From: a virus
Lineage: Duplodnaviria > Heunggongvirae > Uroviricota > Caudoviricetes
Length of the DNA stretch: 64,000 nt
Reading direction: 5' to 3' (one strand)
IMG/VR virus record: IMGVR_UViG_3300013902_000006
Under the pieces are notes generated by a model. The model ran no database searches, was not told the origin of the DNA, and saw nothing but the letters and a program-made list of their open reading frames with translations. The translations under genes and the position numbers were made by a program. Below are positions 38,133 through 48,708 of this stretch, one piece after another (positions within the stretch are counted from its first letter, which is position 1; every line of letters starts with the position of its first letter).

Positions 38133-38717
38133 ATGAAGCAACCAATAAAAGGAAATAAATCTAACAACAAGAAGAATAGGAAAAAGAAAACGGTTAAAAA
38201 GCCTTATAGCCCATTCAATTCACGTTATAAGAAAAAAGGTAATCAAAAGTATGGTACCTCTAAGTTGGAAAGAGATTTCGCAAGGGATTTCTTGGAGAAG
38301 AACGGTATAAAGTTTATATATGAATACTGTGCATCTGACATATCTCGCTATTACGATTTCGCCATAGCCTCTTATCCCGAAGTCGATTATGAAATGGAAG
38401 TTAAAGATGGTATAAAATGTGTCAAGCAAGAAGGACAGTATTTTCCAATATCTTTTATGATAGAGGTTGATGGTGGATATTTTCATGGAGACCCAAGAGT
38501 TGTGAAAGAGGGAAAGTTGAACCCTATGCAGAAACATAATAAATTCGTTGACAGTCTAAAAGATAAATGGTGTGGTATACATTGTATACCATTGTTGAGA
38601 ATATGGGAATACGATATTAGAAATAATCCCGATTATGTTCTTGAACAGATAAATAACTATATCGACATTGGTTACAAGAAGAAAAAGAAGGAAGAATGGA
38701 GAAAGAAACCTCATTGA
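38133..38717 (+). CDS. Vsr/DUF559-like PD-(D/E)XK endonuclease with basic N-terminus
   Basis: GTSKLE..RYYDFAI..IEVDGGYFHGDP..KDKW..LLRIWEYDI. Confidence 0.7.
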   Translation: MKQPIKGNKSNNKKNRKKKTVKKPYSPFNSRYKKKGNQKYGTSKLERDFARDFLEKNGIKFIYEYCASDISRYYDFAIASYPEVDYEMEVKDGIKCVKQEGQYFPISFMIEVDGGYFHGDPRVVKEGKLNPMQKHNKFVDSLKDKWCGIHCIPLLRIWEYDIRNNPDYVLEQINNYIDIGYKKKKKEEWRKKPH

Positions 38718-38778
38718 TTTGAAAAGTAGGAATAATTAAGTTATATTAAATTTAGATTAAACTATTTGTATTATAAGG

Positions 38779-39369
38779 ATGAAAGCTAAATTCTTTATTC
38801 CATATGCCCAAGGCGATTGTGTCAGAGGATTTAGGTACGGTCGAGAAATAAAAGCCAAGGAATATGCAAAGATGGAATTGGATGAATACAACACGCATAA
38901 GAGGGGCGTTGACCAAATGGTTACTACAAGTATGGGATGTAATATGGCAATAAACCCTTTTAAGAAAAGAAAGATAGATTATAACAAACAGAAATATCAA
39001 TTCCATGAGTGTAACTGTCGCCTATTGAACATAGAAGGACAGGATGAGACATTGTCTGAATTAGACAGAATGTATCGCACCAAGGAGAAATTTGTCGAGA
39101 TAGTTCAGTTGAATACCGAGGAATACCTCAATAATCCTGATATGGAGACTGATTTGAATATGTGGATAAACGAAAGTAAGAAAGTCACGGGTTGTAAGAA
39201 GCTAAGTGATGAAGAAGCGATATTTTATCTGCCGAAGAAAGATTTCAAAATATACATTGATGAGGATAAGTCAACGGCAGTTCTGAAAGATTGCAAATTT
39301 CTGAAACGAATGGGAGGAAAAAATTCTTTTGCCATAATGGTTGATAAAATAATCTTTATCAACAGTTAA
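38779..39369 (+). CDS. Hypothetical protein (196 aa)
   Basis: Co-oriented ORF; no motif recognised. Confidence 0.6.
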   Translation: MKAKFFIPYAQGDCVRGFRYGREIKAKEYAKMELDEYNTHKRGVDQMVTTSMGCNMAINPFKKRKIDYNKQKYQFHECNCRLLNIEGQDETLSELDRMYRTKEKFVEIVQLNTEEYLNNPDMETDLNMWINESKKVTGCKKLSDEEAIFYLPKKDFKIYIDEDKSTAVLKDCKFLKRMGGKNSFAIMVDKIIFINS

Positions 39370-39393
39370 ATAAAATCTAATTCTTAATATAAT

Positions 39394-40953
39394 ATGTCAA
39401 TGACGCCAGATGAAATTAAAGAACAAAAACGATTAAAACAAATCAAGATACTCAAGGCATCCAATGAAATGTTGAAACAAGCCAGGGAAAGTATGATGGA
39501 ACAGACCAAGCTTAGCGGTCTGGAAAAAGAGGAACGTTTGAAGGAATTTGATAAAGCAATTAATGAGAATTACCTTAAGGGTAGCAATTTATTGAACAGC
39601 AGCAAGAGAGAAATTGAAAATGCCGAATATGACGAGGTAAGTGACGAGGAGAAGAAAAAATATGAGGAGTATTTGAAAAAGAAAGGTGTCACTGACGATG
39701 AGTTGCACGAAAAGGAATTGGCTACTGCGAGTATGGGGTCTTCGGAAGAACCAAATAATCATACCATCGAGAAAAAGAAACGCCGTCGTAATCGAAAGAA
39801 CGATGATAACGATGGAATCCAAAGGGTCAAGGACGAAGAGGAGCTGATGAAGAAAAGTATGGTGAAGTCTGATGACGACATCCAAAAAGTGATTTCAATT
39901 CACGATAAGGAAGACCTTGAGAGAATTGAGAAAAAAGCATCTAGGAAAAAGGTAAAGACCAAGGAAGAAACCGAACCTAAGACGGTTGACATAAAGGTCG
40001 AGGAAAAACGTATCGAAAAAAATGAAAACGTCGATTATACTTTCGATTTTTCACAGATACCTGACTATGTACAGTATGACGTTATTCCATTGCCTTCGAA
40101 TGGAGAGTGCTACCCACATCACATAGGAAGAATACCAGTTGCTTATTTGACTGCCTATGATGAAAACATTGTTTCTTCACCTAATATGTATCGTGATGGA
40201 AAAGTCATCGATGTGATTCTCGAAAGAAAAATTTTGGATAAGAGAATTAAACCAAGTGAGTTGTGTCAAGGCGACAGGGATGCAATCATCCTGTGGTTAA
40301 GAGCAACTGGTTACGGAAATATGATGCCAGTGTCAGCGACTAATCCTGAAACAGGAAAACAATACAACCTTGATGTGGATTTGGGTTCATTCAAATATAA
40401 GCCTTTTGAATTAAAAGGTGATGAGAATGGTTTGTTTGAATATAAATTGGCAAACGGTGATGTATTCAAGTATAGGTATTTGACCAATGATGACAATAAT
40501 CGTCTGAAGAATAATATGATAGACCAAAGGGTTAAACTGAATTCATACAATGCAATAAAATGTGTCAACAACCTTCAAGAGTATACTGACAATATTACAG
40601 ATTTGAATGATAACGACCGAAAGGATTTAAATGATTGCATTGAGGATATAAAGGACATATTGGGTGAGAACACAAAGATAGGCGATAGCAATGTTACGAC
40701 TAATTATTTGGAGATAGTTACTGAGACAATGAAGTCGTATACGGTTTCCATTAACGGAAATAATGACAGGGAATATATTAATAGATACATTGACAATATG
40801 CGTTCGCTGTATGCGAAGTCATTTATGGACTATGTCGTCAGTCATCAACCTGGTGTCGATTTCAAATTCAAGGTAAATATCCCTCAGAGCGATGGAGGCG
40901 GCTCTTTCGACACCTTTCTTGCCCTCGACGATACTATTTTCATTACTATATGA
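39394..40953 (+). CDS. Baseplate hub assembly protein (T4 gp26-like) with a long charged N-terminal extension
   Basis: YDVIPLPSNGECY..VAYLTAYDENI..GDRDAIILWLRATGYG motif; upstream of the tape-measure-like gene. Confidence 0.65.
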   Translation: MSMTPDEIKEQKRLKQIKILKASNEMLKQARESMMEQTKLSGLEKEERLKEFDKAINENYLKGSNLLNSSKREIENAEYDEVSDEEKKKYEEYLKKKGVTDDELHEKELATASMGSSEEPNNHTIEKKKRRRNRKNDDNDGIQRVKDEEELMKKSMVKSDDDIQKVISIHDKEDLERIEKKASRKKVKTKEETEPKTVDIKVEEKRIEKNENVDYTFDFSQIPDYVQYDVIPLPSNGECYPHHIGRIPVAYLTAYDENIVSSPNMYRDGKVIDVILERKILDKRIKPSELCQGDRDAIILWLRATGYGNMMPVSATNPETGKQYNLDVDLGSFKYKPFELKGDENGLFEYKLANGDVFKYRYLTNDDNNRLKNNMIDQRVKLNSYNAIKCVNNLQEYTDNITDLNDNDRKDLNDCIEDIKDILGENTKIGDSNVTTNYLEIVTETMKSYTVSINGNNDREYINRYIDNMRSLYAKSFMDYVVSHQPGVDFKFKVNIPQSDGGGSFDTFLALDDTIFITI

Positions 40954-41122
40954 CGGATACGAAAAGAATTTGAAGAAGGAATTGTTCATGTGCCATAAGA
41001 ATATGAAACTGAGTATAGATGAATTATATATGATGCCGAGAAGGGACAGAAAGTTTTACATAATGACACACAACAAGGAAATCGAGAGGGAAAAGGACGC
41101 AATGAAGAAAAGAAAGAGATGA
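40892..41122 (+). CDS. Baseplate/tail assembly chaperone segment (T4 gp51-like), overlapping the upstream gene
   Basis: YEKNLKKELFMCHKNMKLSIDELYMMPRRDRKFYI pattern. The true start is unclear and it may be reached by frameshift. Confidence 0.5.
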   Translation: MEAALSTPFLPSTILFSLLYDGYEKNLKKELFMCHKNMKLSIDELYMMPRRDRKFYIMTHNKEIEREKDAMKKRKR

Positions 41123-41156
41123 GGTGGGTGGTGAAAAATCATTCACCTCATTATTT
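41119..41156 (+). terminator. Intrinsic terminator/hairpin before the tape-measure gene
   Basis: 14-bp stem atgaggtgggtggt / atcattcacctcat (3 G-U pairs), GAAAA loop, T-rich tail. Confidence 0.7.
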
Positions 41157-41181
41157 ATATAATATGTTATAATGTAAATAA

Positions 41182-44100
41182 ATGGCGAAAGACCCGAAAT
41201 TCAATAATATACAGAATAGTTTTAGCGATTACCTTGATGCAATGAATAATGTTACTGAAAGAATCAACAATCTAACAGCAGCAAAAACACAGGCATTAAA
41301 CGAAGGTAATAGTAAACTTGCCAATGAAATTGAACAATATCTAAAAAGGGCTGAAGGTGAGAAGAATGTGATACAAAAGATATTAGATGTTCTTCAAATG
41401 ATGGCGAAGGGTAAAGGTGAAGCCCTTATTTATCAAACAACCAGTGAAAAAAAGGAACAAGATAGACTACGCAAAGAATTTGAAAAGGAACAAGAAAAGA
41501 AAGCTAATAAAATGAGTGCTTTTTGGGGACGTTTTGGCTATGATTATAGTAGTAATCAAGGAAATATTGAAAGAAGTTCATTCGGAGAAGGCTTTGGCAG
41601 TACTAAGAAAGTAAAGGAGGTCGGTGATGCATTATCCATGTTCGGTGGAAGAATTGGTAAAGTTGGAGGCGTGTTGACCAGATTTGCGGGATGGATAGGT
41701 ATTGCTATAGAAGCCGTAAAATTACTTGATAAAGCAATAGGAGCAATCGCAGATGCGGATGCAAAACAACAAGATATCCAGAATCGTAGGAATACGATGT
41801 TAACCGATAGAAATATTGAGTTGTCTAACATCGAGACCGAGGGCAATGTAGATATACTTAATACCTTTAAGGACAATATGTTGTCTGAATATAACAAGTT
41901 ATTTACTGAACTACAAGGGCAAGTAGCAATAGCAAATGCAAAAGCAATAGCATCAACAAACGCTCAAATAGAAGGGACAATAGGTGACATTAATAATGCT
42001 GCGTGGAATGCTTTGGCTGCACAGACAGACATATGGGCGCAACAACAAAAATTAGGACTACAAGTAGCAAAAACCAAAGATATCGAAAATCGTGCAATTG
42101 CCCAACGTGACATCGAGTTAGGAGGAAGACAAAGTGAAAGAGTATATCAAAGTAGTCAATCCATATTGAAGGCACAACGAACAAATGCCGAATTGAATAT
42201 GGAAGAACAAAACTACACTTATGAGCATCCTTGGGCAACAACGGCTAACAAGATGGTTGGTGGTAGTACAGAAGCCGATCATGTTCGTGGTGACAATAAA
42301 TGGAACGCACAATACGACAGTAGTACCGACAAATATCTTAGCAATGGTACAAAAGGAAGTGCGATGCTGGGTATGACTAATGATCTAGCAAACGGTCTTC
42401 TAAAGAATACCTTAAAATCGGGAATAACCGTCCAACAGACGAGAACGAAACGTGATTTGACCAATGCTTCCAATGATTTGAATGCAGCTCAAGCCGAGAA
42501 CACCAATCGAGTAAAAATGCAAAATACCGTAATTGCCAATAGTAACGAGATAAAGAACAAAGTCTTGGAAGGAATGACTGAAATAAAGTCATCCGTAATT
42601 GATACGCAAGCTGCCATTGATAAGGCATATCAAAAGATGGCTCAAGCAGTAGAGAAATGGTTCATGGATTGGCAAGACAAGATATACGATAGTGGTATTC
42701 TTAAAGGGATGACCGATAGAGGGCAGTTGGATAAATATCGTTCGTCAATGCTCCCTATTATGGAAGAGGTATCCCGTAAATACGGAGTTACCAAGGAAGA
42801 ATTCGTCAAGATGCAGAATGATTACACCGCCGATGGACGTAGCAAGTTGCTTAATCGTGAGGATTTAAATCAGCAAGCCTCTTTGGGTAAGATATATCTT
42901 GGAGGCGATTTTGGTACTGCTGCTGAGTTGGCTAATAACACCGAGATATTCAATATGGGTGTCAGTGATACTGTTGACTTGATGGGTGAAATGTCAAAGC
43001 AAGTCAATAAGATTGGTCTTGACGGAAGAAAATATCTTAAAGACATGGTCAAGAACCTTAAGATGGCGCAGAAATATGATTTCAGAGGAGGTGTCAAGGG
43101 TATGATGAAAATGGCGAAGTGGGCGCAGAATACCCGTTTCAATATGGACAATCTGCCTAATATGTTGGAAGACATACAGAAAGGCGGACTTGAAGGCATC
43201 ATCACCAAGGCTGCCAAGCTACAAGTATTAGGAGGTAGATTCGCCATGGGTGCAGACCCTATCGCAATGGCATTCGAGGCATACAATAATCCTGCTGCCT
43301 TAGCCAAACGTTTCAATAGTATGACTATGGGAATGGGACATTTCAATAAGGAGACTGGTGAGGTCGAATTTAATGGAATGGAGATGGATCAAATGCGAGC
43401 CTTGGCTGAGTATACAGATCAATCCATTGATGACGTTAAGAAACAAGCAAGATACAATGTGAAGAAGGATAAAGTCGAAGGTTTCATCAAAGATAATACT
43501 TTGTCACAGGAACAGAGAATGGATTTGGTGAACAAGGCATATTATCAAGATGGTCAATGGAAAGTGAATGACGTGACGGGTAATGCAGTGAATCTGTCGG
43601 ATGTCAACTCTTCCAACATTAAGGATATCCAAGCCGATACTTATGAGGGTAAGATGGAACAAGGCATGGAACAAATAGTTTCATTTACCAAGTTGTTTAC
43701 TGGCAATATCGATGCTAATATGGCACATTTGTCAGATTCCATTAACAAAAACGGTGCAGCCGACAATGAGTTGCGGGAACGTCTGCTCGCAGAACAGAAA
43801 TATTTCTTTGCGAAGTCACAGGAATATTCTGAGACCATATTAGAAAAGATGCAAGAGGCGACAGCTGTATATAAAAATTTCTTAAATGGATTTGTTGATC
43901 CTGCCAATGCTGAAAAAGAGGTCTTAAAGGAGATAAAATCCTTCAGTAAAAATACACATGAACAATTAAATTTGATATTGAAACAAATGGGGGGTGCTGC
44001 TGCCGATATCGCAAATAAGAATGAATTGGCTGAAAAGTTAAAAGGATTAAGTTTCGGTGTGAACACTCGTGGTGGAAAGAGAAAAAATGTAAGTGCTCAA

Positions 44101-44952
44101 GAACTCGTAATGAATGGTTCGCTGTATATGGGAGGTAACGGTCAAATGTATATTAACCAAAACAAGATCAGGGAGACATATGGAAGTACCGGTAAACTTA
44201 TGTATGGTGATTACACAAGACAACAGTTGAAACAACGTGGTATAAATGAGAAAACATACGGTAGATTAAGGTATACGGGTGTCGGTGGAACTGACGATTA
44301 CGCAACTTCAGTAAAAATACAGAATGAACAGATAAAAGCTCGTAATTACAAACGTAAAAAGGCAGCCGAAGGCAAGATTGTCGATGCTGGCGATGGTAAA
44401 ACAATGTATGTTCCTTCACAGAATCCGAACCCCAAGTACGAATCATTAGTCAGTGATGGCGTAATGAATGGAAATGGCAATTCAATGTTCACTCAGGCAT
44501 CCAAGGTCACTCCGATAAACGACGGAAAGGTACAGATAGCCAAGTCGGATCCGAAGGACACTGCCGTGTTCGCCAAGAATGGTGGTCCATTCGACACGTT
44601 GTTCAACGACGTGTTCGGTCGTATAAACGACGTGTACAACAAGGTGTCATCGAACGTTATGCCAACAGAGCCGTTGGGCAAGGACGCTGCGTTTGCGGAA
44701 GCGCCTGCAAGTGACACTCAAGCATCCAAGGTCACACCGATAAACGATGGAAAGGTACAGATAGATCCGGTTAACATTACAATTAATGGCAAATTGGAAT
44801 TATCTGGTGGAAATGGTCAGTCAATAGATATAATGAGTGAAATCAAGAATAACCCTATGCTGCTTAGGTCAATTAGTGATATGATAGTACAGAATATCAG
44901 TACCAAGTATTATGGAGGTAGACCAGTCGGTAACAGTAATTTCAGAAAGTAA
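41182..44952 (+). CDS. Tape-measure-like protein (1256 aa)
   Basis: Long, mainly helical, Ala/Gln/Met-rich protein with a Gly-rich hydrophobic patch, located between hub-assembly and baseplate genes. Confidence 0.65.
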   Translation: MAKDPKFNNIQNSFSDYLDAMNNVTERINNLTAAKTQALNEGNSKLANEIEQYLKRAEGEKNVIQKILDVLQMMAKGKGEALIYQTTSEKKEQDRLRKEFEKEQEKKANKMSAFWGRFGYDYSSNQGNIERSSFGEGFGSTKKVKEVGDALSMFGGRIGKVGGVLTRFAGWIGIAIEAVKLLDKAIGAIADADAKQQDIQNRRNTMLTDRNIELSNIETEGNVDILNTFKDNMLSEYNKLFTELQGQVAIANAKAIASTNAQIEGTIGDINNAAWNALAAQTDIWAQQQKLGLQVAKTKDIENRAIAQRDIELGGRQSERVYQSSQSILKAQRTNAELNMEEQNYTYEHPWATTANKMVGGSTEADHVRGDNKWNAQYDSSTDKYLSNGTKGSAMLGMTNDLANGLLKNTLKSGITVQQTRTKRDLTNASNDLNAAQAENTNRVKMQNTVIANSNEIKNKVLEGMTEIKSSVIDTQAAIDKAYQKMAQAVEKWFMDWQDKIYDSGILKGMTDRGQLDKYRSSMLPIMEEVSRKYGVTKEEFVKMQNDYTADGRSKLLNREDLNQQASLGKIYLGGDFGTAAELANNTEIFNMGVSDTVDLMGEMSKQVNKIGLDGRKYLKDMVKNLKMAQKYDFRGGVKGMMKMAKWAQNTRFNMDNLPNMLEDIQKGGLEGIITKAAKLQVLGGRFAMGADPIAMAFEAYNNPAALAKRFNSMTMGMGHFNKETGEVEFNGMEMDQMRALAEYTDQSIDDVKKQARYNVKKDKVEGFIKDNTLSQEQRMDLVNKAYYQDGQWKVNDVTGNAVNLSDVNSSNIKDIQADTYEGKMEQGMEQIVSFTKLFTGNIDANMAHLSDSINKNGAADNELRERLLAEQKYFFAKSQEYSETILEKMQEATAVYKNFLNGFVDPANAEKEVLKEIKSFSKNTHEQLNLILKQMGGAAADIANKNELAEKLKGLSFGVNTRGGKRKNVSAQELVMNGSLYMGGNGQMYINQNKIRETYGSTGKLMYGDYTRQQLKQRGINEKTYGRLRYTGVGGTDDYATSVKIQNEQIKARNYKRKKAAEGKIVDAGDGKTMYVPSQNPNPKYESLVSDGVMNGNGNSMFTQASKVTPINDGKVQIAKSDPKDTAVFAKNGGPFDTLFNDVFGRINDVYNKVSSNVMPTEPLGKDAAFAEAPASDTQASKVTPINDGKVQIDPVNITINGKLELSGGNGQSIDIMSEIKNNPMLLRSISDMIVQNISTKYYGGRPVGNSNFRK
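44491..44764 (+). repeat. 49-bp direct repeat (44491-44539 and 44716-44764; 3 mismatches)
   Basis: Both copies encode TQASKVTPINDGKVQI, 225 bp apart. Confidence 0.9.
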
Positions 44953-44961
44953 CGAATGTTA

Positions 44962-44969
44962 ATATTTAT
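44962..44969 (+). promoter_or_regulatory. Candidate late promoter motif ATATTTAT
   Basis: Lies 39 nt upstream of the 1231-aa gene. Confidence 0.4.
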
Positions 44970-45008
44970 GTAATATATAATTTATAATAGCTTCATCAAC
45001 GAATAACA

Positions 45009-48000
45009 ATGGTAAGAAGAATATCAAGTAGTCAGAGGAAATTAGTAAAGTCTGAGAAAAGCAGTGGAAAATCAACGATAAAATCCATTGCCAATGGAAT
45101 CGTTAACGCCACGAAGGATGCCATTGCAAAAGGTGTTAATGAAGCCAAGAATATCATCGAGAAAACTCCTGACTATGGTTACAGGACAATTGACAACCTT
45201 GCATTGAACAATCGTTGCAAATATAATTTTATGGATGGTCTCATAAATGGATTGTCAATAGATAAATTCTGTAATTTCAATAACAAGAACGAGGTCTATA
45301 TGCGAAGATTGATGATGGTTAACATCACGGAACACGACATTACAATGAAGGCACTTGGTACTGATGCCGCCTTTAAAGGAGACGGTTCACATATAACAAC
45401 AAACACAACAGCACCTTCATATGTTAGTAATTTGAATTATACCGATAATTTCGCCCGTAACGTGAACGGAATGGAACAAAATGGCTATCTGAGTACGAGA
45501 AGGGCTGAAAGTCGTGGCAGTGATAACGATGGTAATTACGTAAATCATGGACAATTGTATGGTCAGACAACTAATTTGTTTCCTGATGATAATGATAGTT
45601 TAACCGATGATATTGCCAAGTGGGAGCTGGAAGGTGAAAAAAACAGTATTTTAACCAAAACCAAAGAGTTATTTAACCAAGCTAAGATTAACACCTTAAT
45701 ATCAAGGTTTCATGGTGATGGAGGTGTAATGGGTGGTAGTGAAAACGTAAAGGGAATAGGCGACGCAAATACTGAAAAATTTGGAAAATCCCACGGTAGG
45801 AACTTGTTATTGAGAGATGTCGAAAAAAAAGGTGGAAATGGGTATAGTATAAACGGATACAATAATCCGTATTGTCGTGTGTGGACACACCATTATCAAT
45901 ATGACAGACTTTTCAAGAGAATAAGGCCATTTTATCAAATGGATGACTATGGAAATTTCAAGTCAGTCACAAAATTGAAGGATTTCCATCATTGGCATAA
46001 TTTCTCCCACGATGACACTGGTAATATAACATTTAACAAGAAAATAACATGGGACAAAAAAGGTACTGAGAAATGGGGATGGAAATCAGGTGATAACGAT
46101 GACGCATGGAATAAATCCGTAATACAAGATAATGGTTATCCGAATATTACACCTAAATACCAAGGAGGCGGAGAGTATAATATTCATACCAAACAATGTA
46201 TGTTTTCAATCGAGAACCTTGCTTGGAAAGGCTATGACCCATATTCATTCGAGAAGGCATTGTCGTGGGAACAGAGAGGACCTAATGGAGGTCGTATAAT
46301 GTGGTTTCCACCTTACGGCATCGATTTCAATGAGACAACAAATGTCAATTGGGGCACGCAGTCGTTTATAGGCCGTGGCGAAGACGTATATACATATGTT
46401 AATACTACAAGGACAGGTACATTATCATTTATGTTGGTGGTTGACCATCCGTCCATCATCGATTATGTCGGTTGGCACGCAGATGATATCAAAGATAAGG
46501 TAAAGGACAGTGATTTGCTGAGATTCTTTGCGGGTTGCGATAGCGGCAATCCTGAGGACGAGGGTAGTTTATTACATTACGTGAAACCTACCCCTTTAAC
46601 GGATGAATATATACAGAATGTTGTAGAAGAAGAACTTTCGGTTACTGCCGAGCCTGAGAAGAGAGAACCACAGCAAGAAAAGAAGACCGAGGAATTGGTA
46701 ATGACTTTTTACGTCTTTTATCCTAACAATTATTCTGGATACTATGATCATATTGGAAGTAATGTTGAAGCAATTGCCTATTTGCTCGCAGGTAGCGGTG
46801 CGCAGATGCAATCTAACGGTGACAATAAGAATGCCCCTACCAAGGATATACCGTTGACAATCGAAATGTTATCAGAAGACGAGACGTGGGATAATGGATA
46901 TGGATATGAGGTAAAGAATAGTGAAACAAAGGGAATATCAAACTATAAAGATATGTCTGATAATAAAAACTATATTCACGGCACGAAACCTATATGGCAA
47001 TATCAGAAGAATAGAAACTCATATCAAGCGAACAACAAGAAATGGTATTATCGTATCGATGGCAAGTATCAACAAGCCCCTACGAGTGAATATTATATCA
47101 ATACATATGACCAAACGTTGTTGAACGACTCAAACTATTCTGACACGACATCATTCGCCTATAATTCAGACGCAAGTGCCGTAAGAAAACTTTTTGAAGT
47201 TCCTGATGATGAAGAAAACAAGAGTGTACTGTATAGTTTTGCCGAGGTCGCCGCTGCGTTGGAAAGTAATAAGAATGAAACAATTTCAGATAATATTACC
47301 AAGAATTGTTTAGGAAGTAAAACTGATAGGATAGATAAACTAAAGGAAATCTTCTATGGTGATGAGAAGACGACCGAAGGAAGGACGGAAGGTAAATATA
47401 AGGTTGTCAGGGTTGAGACAATAGGCTATTCTAATAATCATGATAAAAATAAAACGACTTCGACAGGAACTACTAACAAAAAGAGTGTATCTACAACAAG
47501 AAATGATAAATTGGCGATCAATCGTGGACGAACGGTAATCAATTGGTTGGAGAAACGTTACGGCAATGTCTTTACCGATGATATTAATCAGAAGTCAACA
47601 GTACAAGCTTCAAAAGCTGTGAATTCTGACGATAAGCTCAATGTTAACGGCTCATCAGCAAAAAAATGGAGGTCTGCGAAGGTGATGATTACGTTTGAAC
47701 GTGACGTTACGACGACTTTAGCTGAAAGTAACAGTGGTGAAAATGTAAAATATAAAGGTTATACTGAGATAAAGGACGAGAATCAGAATACAGCCTATAA
47801 AGATGAAAACGGTGACATATGGTATTTATCAGAAGATAAGACGAAATTCGTCAGAAAAGTAAACAAGTTAGGAAAAGTAATAGCAAGAAGCCAAAATTCG
47901 ATTAGTAACTTAGCTGCGGTAAATAATGACGGATGGAGAGAAATAAGTGCTTCTGAATATGAAAAGATTAAGGCATCCTATCCCAATGCAGTCGAATGCC

Positions 48001-48704
48001 GTGAGAATAGAAGTGGAGTCGCAAAATATTATACTAATATTGCGAAATATAATTGGAAGTTTGGCGAAATCTATTTACCAAATATGTCGGCAAACGACAG
48101 TACTCAAGAATATAACAACTTGAGATACGACCAAGAGTATTATTTCTTTAAGACCCTTGAACATAAGGCACCTGCCGTATACAGTAGTCTGATGGATAAA
48201 ATTCAATATTTCGATCCTGCCTTTCATTCAATGACTCCTGAGGGTTTTAACGCCAGATTGACTTTCTTGCAGCAGTGTACCAGACAAGGAAATACAATAG
48301 GTGCATCCGACCGACAAGCGAAATCAGCAAATAACCTCGCATTCGGGCGTGCGCCATACTGCGTACTACGCCTTGGTGACTTCTATAACCAATTAATAGT
48401 AATTGATAATATTAGTATTGATTATGATCCGTTGCAGTGGGATTTAAATACTGAGAGTATCGGTATGCAACCGTTATTGGCACATGTGAACATTAGTTTC
48501 AAGTTTATTGGAGGAGGAGACCTTGCGGGTCCTGTTAAGCGTTTGCAAAATGCGATGACATTCAATTATTATGCCAATACCAGACTATATGATAATAGAG
48601 CTGACAGACCGTCGTATAAGGAAAATTATATAACAGGAATCAGTGAACTTGAAACTGACAAGAGTTATGCCTATACTACAGATATGAAAAAGGAAATAAA
48701 ATAA
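45009..48704 (+). CDS. Baseplate/tail-tube-initiator-like structural protein with an internal OmpA-like segment
   Basis: Tube-like segments (FPPYGIDFNETTNVNW..FIGR..TGTLSF; CVLRLGDFYN..IDNISIDYD). The internal VETIGYS..NDKLAINRGRTVINWL..RSAKV resembles the OmpA C-terminal domain. Confidence 0.5.
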   Translation: MVRRISSSQRKLVKSEKSSGKSTIKSIANGIVNATKDAIAKGVNEAKNIIEKTPDYGYRTIDNLALNNRCKYNFMDGLINGLSIDKFCNFNNKNEVYMRRLMMVNITEHDITMKALGTDAAFKGDGSHITTNTTAPSYVSNLNYTDNFARNVNGMEQNGYLSTRRAESRGSDNDGNYVNHGQLYGQTTNLFPDDNDSLTDDIAKWELEGEKNSILTKTKELFNQAKINTLISRFHGDGGVMGGSENVKGIGDANTEKFGKSHGRNLLLRDVEKKGGNGYSINGYNNPYCRVWTHHYQYDRLFKRIRPFYQMDDYGNFKSVTKLKDFHHWHNFSHDDTGNITFNKKITWDKKGTEKWGWKSGDNDDAWNKSVIQDNGYPNITPKYQGGGEYNIHTKQCMFSIENLAWKGYDPYSFEKALSWEQRGPNGGRIMWFPPYGIDFNETTNVNWGTQSFIGRGEDVYTYVNTTRTGTLSFMLVVDHPSIIDYVGWHADDIKDKVKDSDLLRFFAGCDSGNPEDEGSLLHYVKPTPLTDEYIQNVVEEELSVTAEPEKREPQQEKKTEELVMTFYVFYPNNYSGYYDHIGSNVEAIAYLLAGSGAQMQSNGDNKNAPTKDIPLTIEMLSEDETWDNGYGYEVKNSETKGISNYKDMSDNKNYIHGTKPIWQYQKNRNSYQANNKKWYYRIDGKYQQAPTSEYYINTYDQTLLNDSNYSDTTSFAYNSDASAVRKLFEVPDDEENKSVLYSFAEVAAALESNKNETISDNITKNCLGSKTDRIDKLKEIFYGDEKTTEGRTEGKYKVVRVETIGYSNNHDKNKTTSTGTTNKKSVSTTRNDKLAINRGRTVINWLEKRYGNVFTDDINQKSTVQASKAVNSDDKLNVNGSSAKKWRSAKVMITFERDVTTTLAESNSGENVKYKGYTEIKDENQNTAYKDENGDIWYLSEDKTKFVRKVNKLGKVIARSQNSISNLAAVNNDGWREISASEYEKIKASYPNAVECRENRSGVAKYYTNIAKYNWKFGEIYLPNMSANDSTQEYNNLRYDQEYYFFKTLEHKAPAVYSSLMDKIQYFDPAFHSMTPEGFNARLTFLQQCTRQGNTIGASDRQAKSANNLAFGRAPYCVLRLGDFYNQLIVIDNISIDYDPLQWDLNTESIGMQPLLAHVNISFKFIGGGDLAGPVKRLQNAMTFNYYANTRLYDNRADRPSYKENYITGISELETDKSYAYTTDMKKEIK

Positions 48705-48708
48705 TTAA

